From Candidatus Levyibacteriota bacterium (lineage in GTDB: Bacteria > Patescibacteriota > Microgenomatia > Levybacterales > UBA12049), in assembly GCA_049519175.1 (NCBI GenBank), contig JBEKQZ010000002.1:134782-198781 (forward strand): DNA of 64,000 nt, in the 5' to 3' direction. The first letter of the stretch is position 1. Each line of letters opens with the position of its first letter. The position numbers and the translations under genes were made by a program. Positions 1 to 10,345 of this stretch are shown here, piece by piece. The notes below the pieces were generated by a model. It saw nothing but the letters and a program-made list of their open reading frames with translations, made no database searches and was not told the origin of the DNA.

Positions 1-199
1 AAAGCTTTATAAACAAGTTCGCTTTTAACATAAGGCCTTAAGGTCTTCAGTAATTTAGGCCTGGTTTCTTTTGATTCTATGCTTGCTCGTAACTGTTGTA
101 TCCCATCTAAGCCTTTCTGAAGGCTTGGCAGCAATTTGTCTTTTGACATTTCGAGTTGGAGTATAACAAATCGTCAAAATAAATCAACCTACGGTTAAA

Positions 200-943
200 T
201 TATTCTCGGGGGGGCATTTGTTTCATCCAGTCGTGGACGTAGATTTCGGCTGCTCCGGTTTCTATTCCCTCCAGAATTTTTTCGGCTACATATTCCGCTG
301 TGTCCGGCGGCTTAAAGTTGGGATCGTCCGAACTCCAATCCTGTTCTTGCTTTTGCGGTTTTGATTTGAGAGTATTCTTTTCAAAATCCGTTAAAGTAAT
401 ATAAGGATAAACCACACCAACGCTAATTTTGTCATCTTTGAGTTCTTCGCGAGCGGTTAAAGAGATTTGCGCCAGCGCGCGTTTTAACGAAGAATACGCC
501 GCCATATTTGGAAGCACCATTAACGCCGTTCCCGAAGAAATATTGATAATGGAACCCCCACCTTGCTTTTGCATAATGGGAATTACTGCCTGCATCGCGG
601 TGAGCGGACCAACGACGTCGAGGTTAAACAGCTCGCGGAAAGTATCTGAATTTGTTTCTTGAACAGAAGCATCATATCCCCTGCCGGCGTTGTTGACCAA
701 AATATCGATTCTGCCAAAATGTTTGAATGCTTTTGCAACCATTGCCTTAATTTGTTTTTCATTGCTCATATCGGTTTGAATTACTAATGAATCCTGAAGT
801 TGTTTGGAGATTTTTTGCAGTTTAGAAAGTGAACGCGCCGCCAATGCCACTTTGGCGCCATTTTTGGAAAGGAGTTGAGCGGTAGCCAAACCGATTCCCG
901 AAGAAGCTCCTGTGACAATCGCCACTTTACCCTGAATATTCAT
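200..943 (-). CDS. short-chain dehydrogenase/reductase (SDR) family oxidoreductase
   Basis: 247 aa. N-terminal Rossmann motif VTGASSGIG and catalytic YSSLK (YxxxK). Confidence 0.85.
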   Translation of the reverse strand: MNIQGKVAIVTGASSGIGLATAQLLSKNGAKVALAARSLSKLQKISKQLQDSLVIQTDMSNEKQIKAMVAKAFKHFGRIDILVNNAGRGYDASVQETNSDTFRELFNLDVVGPLTAMQAVIPIMQKQGGGSIINISSGTALMVLPNMAAYSSLKRALAQISLTAREELKDDKISVGVVYPYITLTDFEKNTLKSKPQKQEQDWSSDDPNFKPPDTAEYVAEKILEGIETGAAEIYVHDWMKQMPPRE

Positions 944-996
944 AGATTGAATTATGTATTTTTAAACTGAATTATTTCTGAATTTAATGCCCAAGA

Positions 997-1917
997 CTAG
1001 AATTTATCTTGGGCTAGAAAGTTTAGCAATTCCTGTCCGGTTAAGTAACCGGGGTGCAGCCGATATAAATAGTATTTGTTATCAACCGTATCTTTAATAC
1101 CGGGAAGTGTCGAGACGGCATTGGTAAATCCGGCTTGTTTAACCAAGTCGATTGTCTGCTGGTCAAATGAACCATAAGGATAAGCAAAACTAGTAATCGG
1201 CAAGTGCAATTCTTTTTGTAAGTCAATCCGGCTTTGCGCGATTTGATACCAGGTTGCATCCTTACTCATCCCTTTAAGCGCCACGTGATCCATGGTGTGA
1301 GCACCAATTTCAATCAGTGGACTTTTGGCTAAGTCCTCAAGCTGGAAAGAAAAAAGAAAATTTGGGCGGTTTAAAAAGTCCACAATAATATAGGTGACCG
1401 CTTTAACCTTTTCCTGTTTTAAAATCGGGAAAACATCGGTGTATAAATCCATATAGCCGTCATCAAAACTTAAAATAATAGGCTTCTTGGGGAAATTTTT
1501 GACTTTACCGTTAAGCGCCGGCACTAAATCTGACGGTGTAATAAAAGTATAACCGGCCGCTTTTAGTGTCTCAATCTGCGCTTCTAAGATGCTGGGGATA
1601 GTTGTTAACGATATTCTGATTGTATCATTCTTATCCTGAGGATATTCCACGTAATGAAACACTAAGATTGGTATTCTAATGGGAGCCGGACTAGTAACTT
1701 TCGGGCCGGTCTTTGCTCCAAGAACAGTAGCGACATCCGCAGGCAAAACGGTCATTTGGTTTTCTTCGTTAAGTTCGGGGATAGCGCGTGACTGATAATA
1801 TAAATATCCTCCGACAGCGACTAACAAAACCGCCAGAAGAGGAAGAAAAAATAAGCCGAATAGCTTCTTGCGGCTTTTAACAATCTTTTTCTTTTTCTTT
1901 CTGGCTGATAATTTCAA
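997..1917 (-). CDS. polysaccharide deacetylase (NodB-homology) family protein, membrane-anchored
   Basis: 306 aa. Lys-rich N-terminus followed by a TM helix. LSFDDGY and HTMDH motifs are typical of the NodB domain. Confidence 0.75.
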   Translation of the reverse strand: MKLSARKKKKKIVKSRKKLFGLFFLPLLAVLLVAVGGYLYYQSRAIPELNEENQMTVLPADVATVLGAKTGPKVTSPAPIRIPILVFHYVEYPQDKNDTIRISLTTIPSILEAQIETLKAAGYTFITPSDLVPALNGKVKNFPKKPIILSFDDGYMDLYTDVFPILKQEKVKAVTYIIVDFLNRPNFLFSFQLEDLAKSPLIEIGAHTMDHVALKGMSKDATWYQIAQSRIDLQKELHLPITSFAYPYGSFDQQTIDLVKQAGFTNAVSTLPGIKDTVDNKYYLYRLHPGYLTGQELLNFLAQDKF

Positions 1918-1962
1918 TTAACTATAGAATAACAAATTAGGGAAGTAGTTTGTCAAGAGAGC

Positions 1963-2418
1963 CTAACTTAGTACGCCACCGGGCAAAACTTGTAGCGTTC
2001 TTTTTCTAACCACCTGCGTCAAAAAATCTTCCGCCGTATCCCATAATCCTGGGATTGTCCTAATTTTATGATTCTGACAATCTTGACGAAGCTGACCAAT
2101 TGTATAGCTTTCGTCGACAATTATTCCTCTGGTTTGAGCTTTAAAAAAGAAATTGCGGAAAATCACACGGATTCTTCCTAATTGAGTATCCGTAGCGCCA
2201 CTTTCTTTCCACACGTCACCAACCAATTCTATTTTCGCACGTTTTTTGTCACCGCTATTTTCATCCGGAACTATCCTTGCTATATCAAATATTGGCCTTT
2301 CATCCGGATACCAACCAAATTCTTCGCTGTAAGCTGACGCCAAATGCATTATTGAATTTGGTTGTTCTACTTCTACCAAATCGCCTATTAATAATTCTCT
2401 GCGTATTTCTGTAACCAT
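1963..2418 (-). CDS. hypothetical protein
   Basis: 151 aa ORF on the same strand as its neighbours; no recognisable motif. Confidence 0.4.
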   Translation of the reverse strand: MVTEIRRELLIGDLVEVEQPNSIMHLASAYSEEFGWYPDERPIFDIARIVPDENSGDKKRAKIELVGDVWKESGATDTQLGRIRVIFRNFFFKAQTRGIIVDESYTIGQLRQDCQNHKIRTIPGLWDTAEDFLTQVVRKRTLQVLPGGVLS

Positions 2419-2572
2419 AGTTAAGACAGTATAGTTAGTTTTATCGAGTTGTCAACCAATAGCGGCCTTTTTCCGTAACCGTCTTGTCTTTGTTCATCGT
2501 CCATTAAAAGTAGCATAGGTTAAATTAGGCAAGGAGTCTGTAATCTTGGTTACAAGTTATCGATGAAGAAAA

Positions 2573-3496
2573 TTACGCAGTTTGATTAGCGAGCCATTTT
2601 TGTAGTTCCAATGCGGCTGAGCAACCGTAACCGGCGGCGGTAATTGCTTGTTTATAATCTTTATCATGCACATCCCCGGCGACAAAAACGCCTTCTTTGT
2701 TGGTTAAAAAATGAGAATGCACTTTGACAAAACCCTCTTCGTCTAAATCAATGCCGGTGAATTTGGAAGTGTTTGGCAGATGTCCGATGGCGACAAAAAT
2801 TCCGTCAATCGGCATTTCCGATTCTTCGCTTGTCTGGGTATTTTTGAGCTTTACTTTTTCGACTTTCATTTCGCCCAGAACTTCTGTGATCTTTGAATTC
2901 AAAAGAATTTTGATTTTTGGATTTTCCATGACTCTTTTTTGCATGATTTCGGAGGCTCTAAAACTGCCTCGGCGGTGAACAATAATTACATTATTTGCAA
3001 ATTTAGAAAGAACCAAGGCTTCTTCCATCGCACTGTCCCCACCTCCGACCACAATTACATTCTTATTTCTAAAAAACGCCGCGTCACAAGACGCGCAGGA
3101 AGAAACTCCGCGTCCGATTTTTTCCTGTTCGCCCTTAACTCCGAGCCATTTGGTATCGGCACCAGTTGCGATAATCACCGCTTTTGTTTCATAAGTTTTG
3201 TCGCCGACCGAGATTTTGAAAGGTTGAGAGGAAAAATCGGCGGATGTGAAATCATCATCAATAAACTCCGCGCCAAATTTTTCGGCTTGCTTTCGCATAT
3301 TGGCCATTAAATCCGGCCCTTGAATTCCCTCCGGAAACCCGGGAAAGTTTTCAACCAAAGTTGTCAGCATTAATTGCCCGCCCCACGTCACGCCGGCAAT
3401 CACCAGCGTTTTTAAATCCGCGCGGGTCGTGTAAATCGCGGCGGTTAAACCGGCGGGACCAGAGCCAATTATTATTACGTCGTACATTTTATCCAT
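2573..3496 (-). CDS. trxB: thioredoxin-disulfide reductase
   Basis: 307 aa. FAD motif IIIGSGPAG, redox-active CASC and a second NAD(P) GGGDSA motif. Sits immediately downstream of a thioredoxin gene. Confidence 0.9.
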   Translation of the reverse strand: MDKMYDVIIIGSGPAGLTAAIYTTRADLKTLVIAGVTWGGQLMLTTLVENFPGFPEGIQGPDLMANMRKQAEKFGAEFIDDDFTSADFSSQPFKISVGDKTYETKAVIIATGADTKWLGVKGEQEKIGRGVSSCASCDAAFFRNKNVIVVGGGDSAMEEALVLSKFANNVIIVHRRGSFRASEIMQKRVMENPKIKILLNSKITEVLGEMKVEKVKLKNTQTSEESEMPIDGIFVAIGHLPNTSKFTGIDLDEEGFVKVHSHFLTNKEGVFVAGDVHDKDYKQAITAAGYGCSAALELQKWLANQTA

Positions 3497-3661
3497 AAAT
3501 AAATTAGCGCGGGAAGCTTACAAAATTTTCGAGCTTTCATTCGAATTTCCTCATTTCAGGTTCTATCAAAACCTTATGAGCTGAAAGCGAGAAAATTTTC
3601 CGTAAGCGACCTCAGCGCTCCGATTGGAAAATTTTACTCTCGAGCTGAATTTTTTGAAACC

Positions 3662-3985
3662 TTAATTTCCTAAAACGCTGTCTATTTCTCTTTTAAAATT
3701 ATTCTTGCTTTGCGCCCCGACCATTGACTTGACTACCTGTCCGTTCTGGAAAATCAAAAGCGTCGGAATACTCATTATTCCATAATTTCCAGGAACCTGG
3801 TTTTGGTCGACATTGACTTTCCCTACTTTTAATTTTCCTGCATATTCCGCCGCTAACTCTTCCACAATTGGCCCGACAATCCGACAGGGCTGGCACCACT
3901 GCGCCCAAAAATCCACCAGCACCGGGACTTTTGACTCTAGTACTTCCGCCTTAAAATTTTGATCCGTTAAAGTTAAATCCGCCAT
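3662..3985 (-). CDS. trxA: thioredoxin
   Basis: 107 aa with WCQPC active site, a variant of WCGPC, in a thioredoxin fold context. Confidence 0.9.
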   Translation of the reverse strand: MADLTLTDQNFKAEVLESKVPVLVDFWAQWCQPCRIVGPIVEELAAEYAGKLKVGKVNVDQNQVPGNYGIMSIPTLLIFQNGQVVKSMVGAQSKNNFKREIDSVLGN

Positions 3986-4080
3986 AATTCACGTTAGTTG
4001 CTGTATAACCATAGCAGAGACTTTTTATTCTGTCAATGAATTATTTCACAAAGAATTTTTAAGACTAAAGTAAACAAATT

Positions 4081-5082
4081 TTACTCAACAAGATTAGTTG
4101 GAGCTTTGTTTATAAAGCTTTTGACATTGCCTAAAGTTGTTTCCAAAATCTCCTGCAACGCTTCTATACTATTAAAAGCGTTGTGCGGGGTAATCACTAC
4201 GTCATCTCTATTTAATAATATGTGGTCTAAAAGCTGTGTCTGAATATCACCTTTGGCGATATGCTCCGACGCTAAAAATTCCCTTTCTTCTTTAAGCGCG
4301 TTCTCTTCTTCCAAGACATCCAAACCAGCACCGGCTAAAATTCCTTTTTCCAAGCCGGTAAGAATCGCGTGTGTTTCTACCAGTGCGCCTCGGGCGGTAT
4401 TAATCAGAATTGCGCCTTTTTTAAATTTGCTGATATTTTGCAAGTTAATGATGTGCTCTGTTTCGTTGTTATACGGAAGGTGCAAAGTGACGACATCGGC
4501 ACCGGACAACAATTCGTCTAGGGAAACGTATTGAACGCCCTTGGCGCATAATTCTTGGTCCTCGTGATGACAATACGCTAGCACTTTCATCCCAAACGAA
4601 ACGCCCAAGCTGCAAACATTTTTACCGATATGTCCCGTTCCAATTACTCCCAAAGTTTTGCCAAATAAATCAAAACCGGTTAAGCCAACGCTACTAAAGT
4701 CTCCTTTTTTTGCCCGCTCGACCGAAGGAATAATCTTTCGCGATACCGCCAGCATTAAAGCAAAAGCGTGTTCGGCAACAGTATGCGCGCCGTATGAAGG
4801 GACATACGAAACCACGATTCCCTTTTCTTTGCAGGCGGCAATATCAATGTGGTCAAAACCCATCGAGCGGGTGGCGATAAATTTTAGACTCGGTAGTTTT
4901 GCCAAAATCTCCTTGGTGATAGTGGAATAAATAAAAATGGAGATTATTTCCGCGTCTGTATATTTAGCCACTGTTGATTCTTCCAGTTTTTCTTCATTTA
5001 CAATAGGTTGCTCTTGAGACAACGCAGTTTCGATGTATCTTTTTTCCCAGGCTTCAACTTCAAAAAAAACAATTTTTGCCAT
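4081..5082 (-). CDS. D-isomer-specific 2-hydroxyacid dehydrogenase (D-lactate/phosphoglycerate dehydrogenase-like)
   Basis: 333 aa. NAD-binding GVIGTGHIGKNV and the conserved catalytic region of the D-2-hydroxyacid dehydrogenase family. Confidence 0.8.
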   Translation of the reverse strand: MAKIVFFEVEAWEKRYIETALSQEQPIVNEEKLEESTVAKYTDAEIISIFIYSTITKEILAKLPSLKFIATRSMGFDHIDIAACKEKGIVVSYVPSYGAHTVAEHAFALMLAVSRKIIPSVERAKKGDFSSVGLTGFDLFGKTLGVIGTGHIGKNVCSLGVSFGMKVLAYCHHEDQELCAKGVQYVSLDELLSGADVVTLHLPYNNETEHIINLQNISKFKKGAILINTARGALVETHAILTGLEKGILAGAGLDVLEEENALKEEREFLASEHIAKGDIQTQLLDHILLNRDDVVITPHNAFNSIEALQEILETTLGNVKSFINKAPTNLVE

Positions 5083-5110
5083 CTTAAATTATTATTGCCT
5101 ACTTGAAGAC

Positions 5111-5788
5111 TTATGTAAAGTCGTAGTTATCGGTAATCTGAGTTTTCCTCTTGAATAGATCAATGTCTTTAATGGTTATGCTATTTCTTTTGTATGTAAT
5201 TAGACCCAGCTGTTCCAGTTTTTTCATTTCCAGACTGACAGTTTCCCGGGTTATTCCAACCATTGAGGCAATATCTTTATGTGCCAGGGGCAAATCAATT
5301 GTAATTGCATTTCCAGTCTTAACACCAAACTGTCTTGCGCAAAGATCAATTATGTAAGCTACATTTTGACAAGCACTACCTAATTTTAGAAGCTCCATCC
5401 TATTTAATAGTTCTTGCCAACGGCGGACCACTTCTTGAGCTAGCGAAAACATTAAAAAAGTATTGGTGGAAATTAATTCGGTGAAGGTTTCCCGCGGCGC
5501 CCGTCTTAAAGTTACCGGCGTATGGGCTTCAAAATAATATCTGGTGGTCGTATCCCCCAAAAAAGTGAACAATAAAGGGAAGATATATCCCGGTTTATAA
5601 ATTAAAAAAGTTAGCTCTTTGCCGTCCGGCGAGATGTAATAAAATTTGACGTAGCCTTTTTCAATAAAATAAATATATTCAATCTTATCTTCGGGCCTAA
5701 GAATTACTTGCCCCTTTTTGTAATTAAGAGGCTTATATTGAGCAAAAAATGGATCGAGTTTTTTGAGTAAATCTGTATCCATTATCAC
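5111..5788 (-). CDS. Crp/Fnr family transcriptional regulator
   Basis: 225 aa. N-terminal cNMP-binding beta-barrel and a C-terminal HTH (IASMVGITRETVSLEMKKLEQLGLI). Confidence 0.75.
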   Translation of the reverse strand: MIMDTDLLKKLDPFFAQYKPLNYKKGQVILRPEDKIEYIYFIEKGYVKFYYISPDGKELTFLIYKPGYIFPLLFTFLGDTTTRYYFEAHTPVTLRRAPRETFTELISTNTFLMFSLAQEVVRRWQELLNRMELLKLGSACQNVAYIIDLCARQFGVKTGNAITIDLPLAHKDIASMVGITRETVSLEMKKLEQLGLITYKRNSITIKDIDLFKRKTQITDNYDFT

Positions 5789-5915
5789 GGCAATACTAAC
5801 ATAATTTATCTATTTTCTCAACGACTGTAAGCTGGATTACTTTACCTTTGTTAATCGGGTTACTGCTATCTAAAACCAATTCGAATAATATATTCCTAAC
5901 AAAGGAGGTGAAACA

Positions 5916-6095
5916 TGAATACTTTAAATAGTTTAGGCAAAAATACTTTTGGGATTAAAAATTTCTTTCGGAATTTGGAAGACAGCATTCGACAGGAGCA
6001 AAAAGAAATTCTTTTCCATAAAAAAAGTTGGGAAGATGAATCGGAATACTTTAATTTTATTAAGTTTCTGTTTAGCGATCCACAAAAAGCGTAAT
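5916..6095 (+). CDS. small hypothetical protein (59 aa), below ORF-track cutoff
   Basis: ATG at 5916 preceded by a near-perfect SD (AAAGGAGGTGAAAC). Translates to MNTLNSLGKNTFGIKNFFRNLEDSIRQEQKEILFHKKSWEDESEYFNFIKFLFSDPQKA. Confidence 0.3.
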
Positions 6096-6138
6096 TTTAG
6101 TTCTTGACAAGAGTTTTGAAAATAAATACAATCCTTTT

Positions 6139-6960
6139 ATGCCAAAAAAAGCTACCACCAAAAAAATTTCAATTCCGGCGATAAAAAAGCCACAGCTTGA
6201 ACTACGAATTAAGCTTCCCCAAAATATCAATTGGAAAAGGTTTTTACCAAAATCTTCAAGTCAGATTTTGGTCATTTTATTAGTCGTTGCCGCTTTTCTA
6301 ATTGGGGTTTTGTTTGACAAAGTTCAATATTTGGAAAAGAATCAGGCTTTAAACTTGCAACCGGTGGCGCAAAATGGTCAAAACGCCCAACCGACCACTG
6401 CTCCGGCCGGACAAAAAGTGAATGTTTCCGCGGGCGACTTACCAATTCAGGGCAATGTCAAAGCCAAAGTCACCATTATCGAGTTTGCCGATTTTCGCTG
6501 TCCGTTCTGCGAACAATTTTTTACCAGCACGATGCCCCAAATTCTTAGTGATTATGTGAATACCGGCAAAGTTAAATTTGCTTTTCGCAATTTTGCTTTC
6601 CTAGGATCGGCTTCTACTGTGGCAGCCGATGCGTCCGAATGCGCCAACGACCAAGGCAAATTCTGGGATTTCTACAACTATCTTTACAAAAATCAGCCGG
6701 CGGAAACCGACACCAGTATGTATAACACCGACACACTTACCCAAGCCGCAGTTTCTTTAGGAATGGATAGCAATACCTTTAGCTCCTGTTTGAATAACAA
6801 AACCGACGACGCCAAAGTCAGCAAAGATATGGCTGACGGACAAGCGGCGGGAGTTTCAGGCACACCAACCTTTTTTATTAATGGCATTTCTTTAGTCGGA
6901 GCACAACCCTACTCTGCTTTTAAAACCATCATCGACCAGGAGCTGGCCAAAGCCAAATAA
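6139..6960 (+). CDS. DsbA-like thiol:disulfide oxidoreductase, membrane-anchored
   Basis: 273 aa. TM helix followed by a thioredoxin-fold domain with a CPFC active site. Confidence 0.75.
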   Translation: MPKKATTKKISIPAIKKPQLELRIKLPQNINWKRFLPKSSSQILVILLVVAAFLIGVLFDKVQYLEKNQALNLQPVAQNGQNAQPTTAPAGQKVNVSAGDLPIQGNVKAKVTIIEFADFRCPFCEQFFTSTMPQILSDYVNTGKVKFAFRNFAFLGSASTVAADASECANDQGKFWDFYNYLYKNQPAETDTSMYNTDTLTQAAVSLGMDSNTFSSCLNNKTDDAKVSKDMADGQAAGVSGTPTFFINGISLVGAQPYSAFKTIIDQELAKAK

Positions 6961-6965
6961 GTTAA

Positions 6966-7820
6966 CTATTCTTGTAATTCAATTTCTTCTCGATAATCAA
7001 TGTCCTCAAGCCCATGTGGATGAACAATTAGATGGCTAACGCCAATTGAGATAAAGTAAGTAATTGTTGAAAGAGTAGCAATATAAAAACTAACCGGAAA
7101 ACGTCCTAAAAGTGAAAGAATTAAACCTCCCCAGGTAAAAAGCAGTGCAAAAATAACAGATAGGCTGATTGCCGACGACGGTTTTCTAGTCAAATGCTGC
7201 GCTGAAGCGGCCGGCGCAATAATTAAGGCAAAAACCAAAAGAATTCCTACCACTTGTATCGCTTCGGCCACAGTTACGGCTAAAAGCAGCATGAAGACAA
7301 TGGAAATAAGCTGCACCGGGACCCCCCTTGCTTCTGCTACTTCCGGATCAATCGATGCAAATAGTAAAGGGCGGAAAATAAATGCTAAAGAAATTAAAAC
7401 CGCTATCCCCAAAACTAAAGATAAAATTACATCCGTTGGTGTTACGCTAAGAATTGAACCGAATAAGACACCTACTGTTTCTGTGGCACTACTGGAATAA
7501 ATGCGCAAAAATAAAACGCCCAAGCCCAGCGCAAAAGCTAATATCATTCCGACTTCGATATCTCTACCTTTAATACGTTTTCCTAAAGCTCCCATTCCAA
7601 ACGCCGCCAAAAGCGTAAAAATAAGCATCCCCACTAACGAACTAATGCCGACTAAAACCGCTCCGGTTGCTCCGGCAAAACCAATGTCTGTTAAAGATTC
7701 CGCCGAAAAAGCTTGCGCCCTTAAGACTACAAAATACCCTAAGACACCGGTAATGATAGCAATTAATGTGCCTGCCAAAAAAGCATTTTGCACAAACTGT
7801 TCATGAAAAAGTTCAAGCAT
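6966..7820 (-). CDS. znuB: metal (Zn/Mn) ABC transporter permease, ABC-3 family
   Basis: 284 aa polytopic membrane protein of the ABC-3 (ZnuB/MntB) type. Lies in an operon with an ATPase, a substrate-binding protein and a Fur-family regulator. Confidence 0.75.
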   Translation of the reverse strand: MLELFHEQFVQNAFLAGTLIAIITGVLGYFVVLRAQAFSAESLTDIGFAGATGAVLVGISSLVGMLIFTLLAAFGMGALGKRIKGRDIEVGMILAFALGLGVLFLRIYSSSATETVGVLFGSILSVTPTDVILSLVLGIAVLISLAFIFRPLLFASIDPEVAEARGVPVQLISIVFMLLLAVTVAEAIQVVGILLVFALIIAPAASAQHLTRKPSSAISLSVIFALLFTWGGLILSLLGRFPVSFYIATLSTITYFISIGVSHLIVHPHGLEDIDYREEIELQE

Positions 7821-7824
7821 ATTT

Positions 7825-8628
7825 TTATCCCTTCCCTCTTTCCGTCAGAAGTCTGACCGGAAAATACACTATAAAAGCAATAGCGGCAATATAAAAACTG
7901 ACGGGAATAGTTCCGTTAACGGCAAAAAATATTCCGAGCCACGTATATAAAACTGCTAAAAAGACCGACAGCGCAATTGCTTTCATCGGTTCGTGCGCTA
8001 GTCTTATCGCCGTAGCTGCCGGCCCCACTAATAGAGTAAAGATTAAAATTACTCCTACTACCTGAACCGACATAGACACTGTTATTGCCAATAAAATCAG
8101 GAAAAGAATAGAGATAAATTTTACCGGCAATCCGCGCGCTTCCGCCACTTCTTGATCAAACGAGCTAAACAACAGTGGACGAAAGATACAAACCAGAGCT
8201 ATAAATGTAACTAGTGAAAAACCGATCGTAATTAATACATCAACTCGACTGATTCCCAAAATTGTGCCAAATAAAATACTGTAAGCCCTTTGCGCATAGC
8301 CATTATAAAGGGCGATAAACAGCGAACCAAGTCCTAACATAAACATCATTAATATACCAACCGTCAAATCTCTTTCCCGCAAGCGTTTTCCCAAAAGCCC
8401 AATGCCAATTCCGGAAATAATGGTAAAAAAGAGTAAACCATAGAGTGGATTAACGCCTAAGACTAAAGCGCCGGCGGCGCCGGTAAAACCAATTTCCGAC
8501 AGCGCATGCCCGGCAAAAGTAAGTCCGCGCACCAACAAGAAATATCCGACAATTGCCGCGATTACAGCCACAAAAGTGCCCGCCAAAAAAGCGTTCTGGA
8601 TAAATTGGTATTGAATTAGTGCAAACAT
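7825..8628 (-). CDS. metal ABC transporter permease, ABC-3 family (second copy)
   Basis: 267 aa paralogous permease. N-terminus is similar to the adjacent permease (QNAFLAGT motif). Confidence 0.75.
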   Translation of the reverse strand: MFALIQYQFIQNAFLAGTFVAVIAAIVGYFLLVRGLTFAGHALSEIGFTGAAGALVLGVNPLYGLLFFTIISGIGIGLLGKRLRERDLTVGILMMFMLGLGSLFIALYNGYAQRAYSILFGTILGISRVDVLITIGFSLVTFIALVCIFRPLLFSSFDQEVAEARGLPVKFISILFLILLAITVSMSVQVVGVILIFTLLVGPAATAIRLAHEPMKAIALSVFLAVLYTWLGIFFAVNGTIPVSFYIAAIAFIVYFPVRLLTERGKG

Positions 8629-8633
8629 GAGTG

Positions 8634-9404
8634 TTAAATTTCCGCGCCGGTTACAAAAACACGGTTCTTCGCTCTAATAACTTCAACCTCCGCGTTATAC
8701 AACTCGCTCAAAGTCTCTGACGTAATAACTTCGTCTGGTTTTCCCATTGCGCTATGTCCCCTGGCCATAAACAAAACTTCGTCCACTGCGGGAAGTAAAG
8801 GGTTGATGTCATGAGAAACTAAAACAATCGTTATCTTTTGCTCTTTTTTTAATTTGGTTAGAACATCCACTATCCCCCGGGCATGATTGATATCCAAATT
8901 GGAAAGCGGTTCGTCCAACAATAAAATCTGTGGATTAGTTATAATTGCCTGGGCAATTAAAAGCCGTTGTTGCTCTCCACCGGACAAGCGCCCGACGGGC
9001 GCATTACCAAATCTTAACGCGTCAACTTCTGTTAACGCTTTATCGATTTTTTCCTCTCTTTCGCTACTCGGCAAGCTAATTCCCCATTTATTTCCGTCCA
9101 GTCCGAATCCGACTACATCTCTGGCGCGAAGTGCTAAATCCGTTTCTAATACACGGTGTTGAGGAGCATAACCAATTGCGCTATTGCCTCGCGTTGGGGT
9201 TTTGGAAAGAACAGTAATCGTCCCTGTTGTCGGCTTTATAATACCAAGCAATAGTTTAAGAATCGTAGTTTTGCCTGCGCCGTTGGGTCCTAAAATCGCA
9301 ACAAATTCTCCTTTGGCTACGTTAAAACTAACATTTTCCAGAATTTTTCTGCCGCCAAGACTAATAGTCAAATCTTTTACAGAAATAACAGTTTGTGCGT
9401 CCAT
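8634..9404 (-). CDS. znuC: metal ABC transporter ATP-binding protein
   Basis: 256 aa. Walker A GPNGAGKTT, signature LSGGEQQR and Walker B LLLDEP. Confidence 0.85.
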   Translation of the reverse strand: MDAQTVISVKDLTISLGGRKILENVSFNVAKGEFVAILGPNGAGKTTILKLLLGIIKPTTGTITVLSKTPTRGNSAIGYAPQHRVLETDLALRARDVVGFGLDGNKWGISLPSSEREEKIDKALTEVDALRFGNAPVGRLSGGEQQRLLIAQAIITNPQILLLDEPLSNLDINHARGIVDVLTKLKKEQKITIVLVSHDINPLLPAVDEVLFMARGHSAMGKPDEVITSETLSELYNAEVEVIRAKNRVFVTGAEI

Positions 9405-10345
9405 TATTGAGCCACTTTCTGAAGAGCTACTTCCAAATTATCTAATTGAGACATCATCCAAGACTGATAATGATCTTGTGGCGGCATGGTTTCGGAAACC
9501 GGGACGATTGGAATGCCTAATTGGTCTGCGGCGCTTTGCAAATTAGTAGTAACCGGAGTAATCGTTTGGTTATTATAAATTAGAATCTTGACTTCTTTTT
9601 GATCAATCTGATCATTAGTTGTTTTAACATCGGCAACAGATGGATCATTTCCTTCGGCAATTGCTCTCTCAAATTCAAATGGTGTTAAAACATTTAAACC
9701 TTCCGGTCCTGTTTGATAAAGATAAATTGTTTCGGTTAACCCAACCGGACTCCCGCCATATTTAGTTTTAATTTCAGCCATTTTGGCTGTTAACGGATTA
9801 AGTGAGGCATCAAATTTAACTAAATTTGCGTCAAATTCTTTGGCATCTTTTGGATCAACTTTTTTTAATGAATTGGTAATCGCCTGCGCAATCGTTGGCA
9901 TATTATCAATTCCATACCAAACATGCGGATTATCCGGCAATGGATGACTGGCTAACTTCCCACCAACTAAAAGGATACGGTTATTATTTGGAGACGCAGA
10001 CAATAATTTGTCTATCCAGGTGTCGTAATCCAATCCGTTTTCAATAACGATATTGGCGTTAGTTACCGCCAGCGCATTTTGCACATTTGATTCGTATTCA
10101 TGCGGATCAACATTGGGATTTGAAAGAATGCTCACAACTGAAACGTGTTCCCCGCCGAGCTGCTTAACGATGTCTCCATAAAAATTTTCCGCCGCCACAA
10201 CGCCTACCTTATCGTTATTTTGTATAGATTTTTGCTGATTAGGGAATATTTGTCTTGCAAAAACCAAGACAATGACGATTAAAACTAAAGTTCCTAATAA
10301 TATTGTTAATTTTTTATCCATAATTATTTTTGACAATTGGCACAA
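9404..10345 (-). CDS. znuA: metal ABC transporter substrate-binding protein (ZnuA/TroA-like)
   Basis: 313 aa. Signal/TM then cluster-9 solute-binding fold. Start may be the downstream MDKKL (about 10321), which would avoid overlap with the regulator gene. Confidence 0.75.
   Translation of the reverse strand: MCQLSKIIMDKKLTILLGTLVLIVIVLVFARQIFPNQQKSIQNNDKVGVVAAENFYGDIVKQLGGEHVSVVSILSNPNVDPHEYESNVQNALAVTNANIVIENGLDYDTWIDKLLSASPNNNRILLVGGKLASHPLPDNPHVWYGIDNMPTIAQAITNSLKKVDPKDAKEFDANLVKFDASLNPLTAKMAEIKTKYGGSPVGLTETIYLYQTGPEGLNVLTPFEFERAIAEGNDPSVADVKTTNDQIDQKEVKILIYNNQTITPVTTNLQSAADQLGIPIVPVSETMPPQDHYQSWMMSQLDNLEVALQKVAQ

Noticed and set aside
3497-3661. Repeated GAGCTGAA/TCGAGCT words between trxA and trxB as a terminator or riboswitch
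   Set aside because: No stable hairpin followed by a T-run, and no recognisable riboswitch core. Probably just the intergenic promoter region of trxB.
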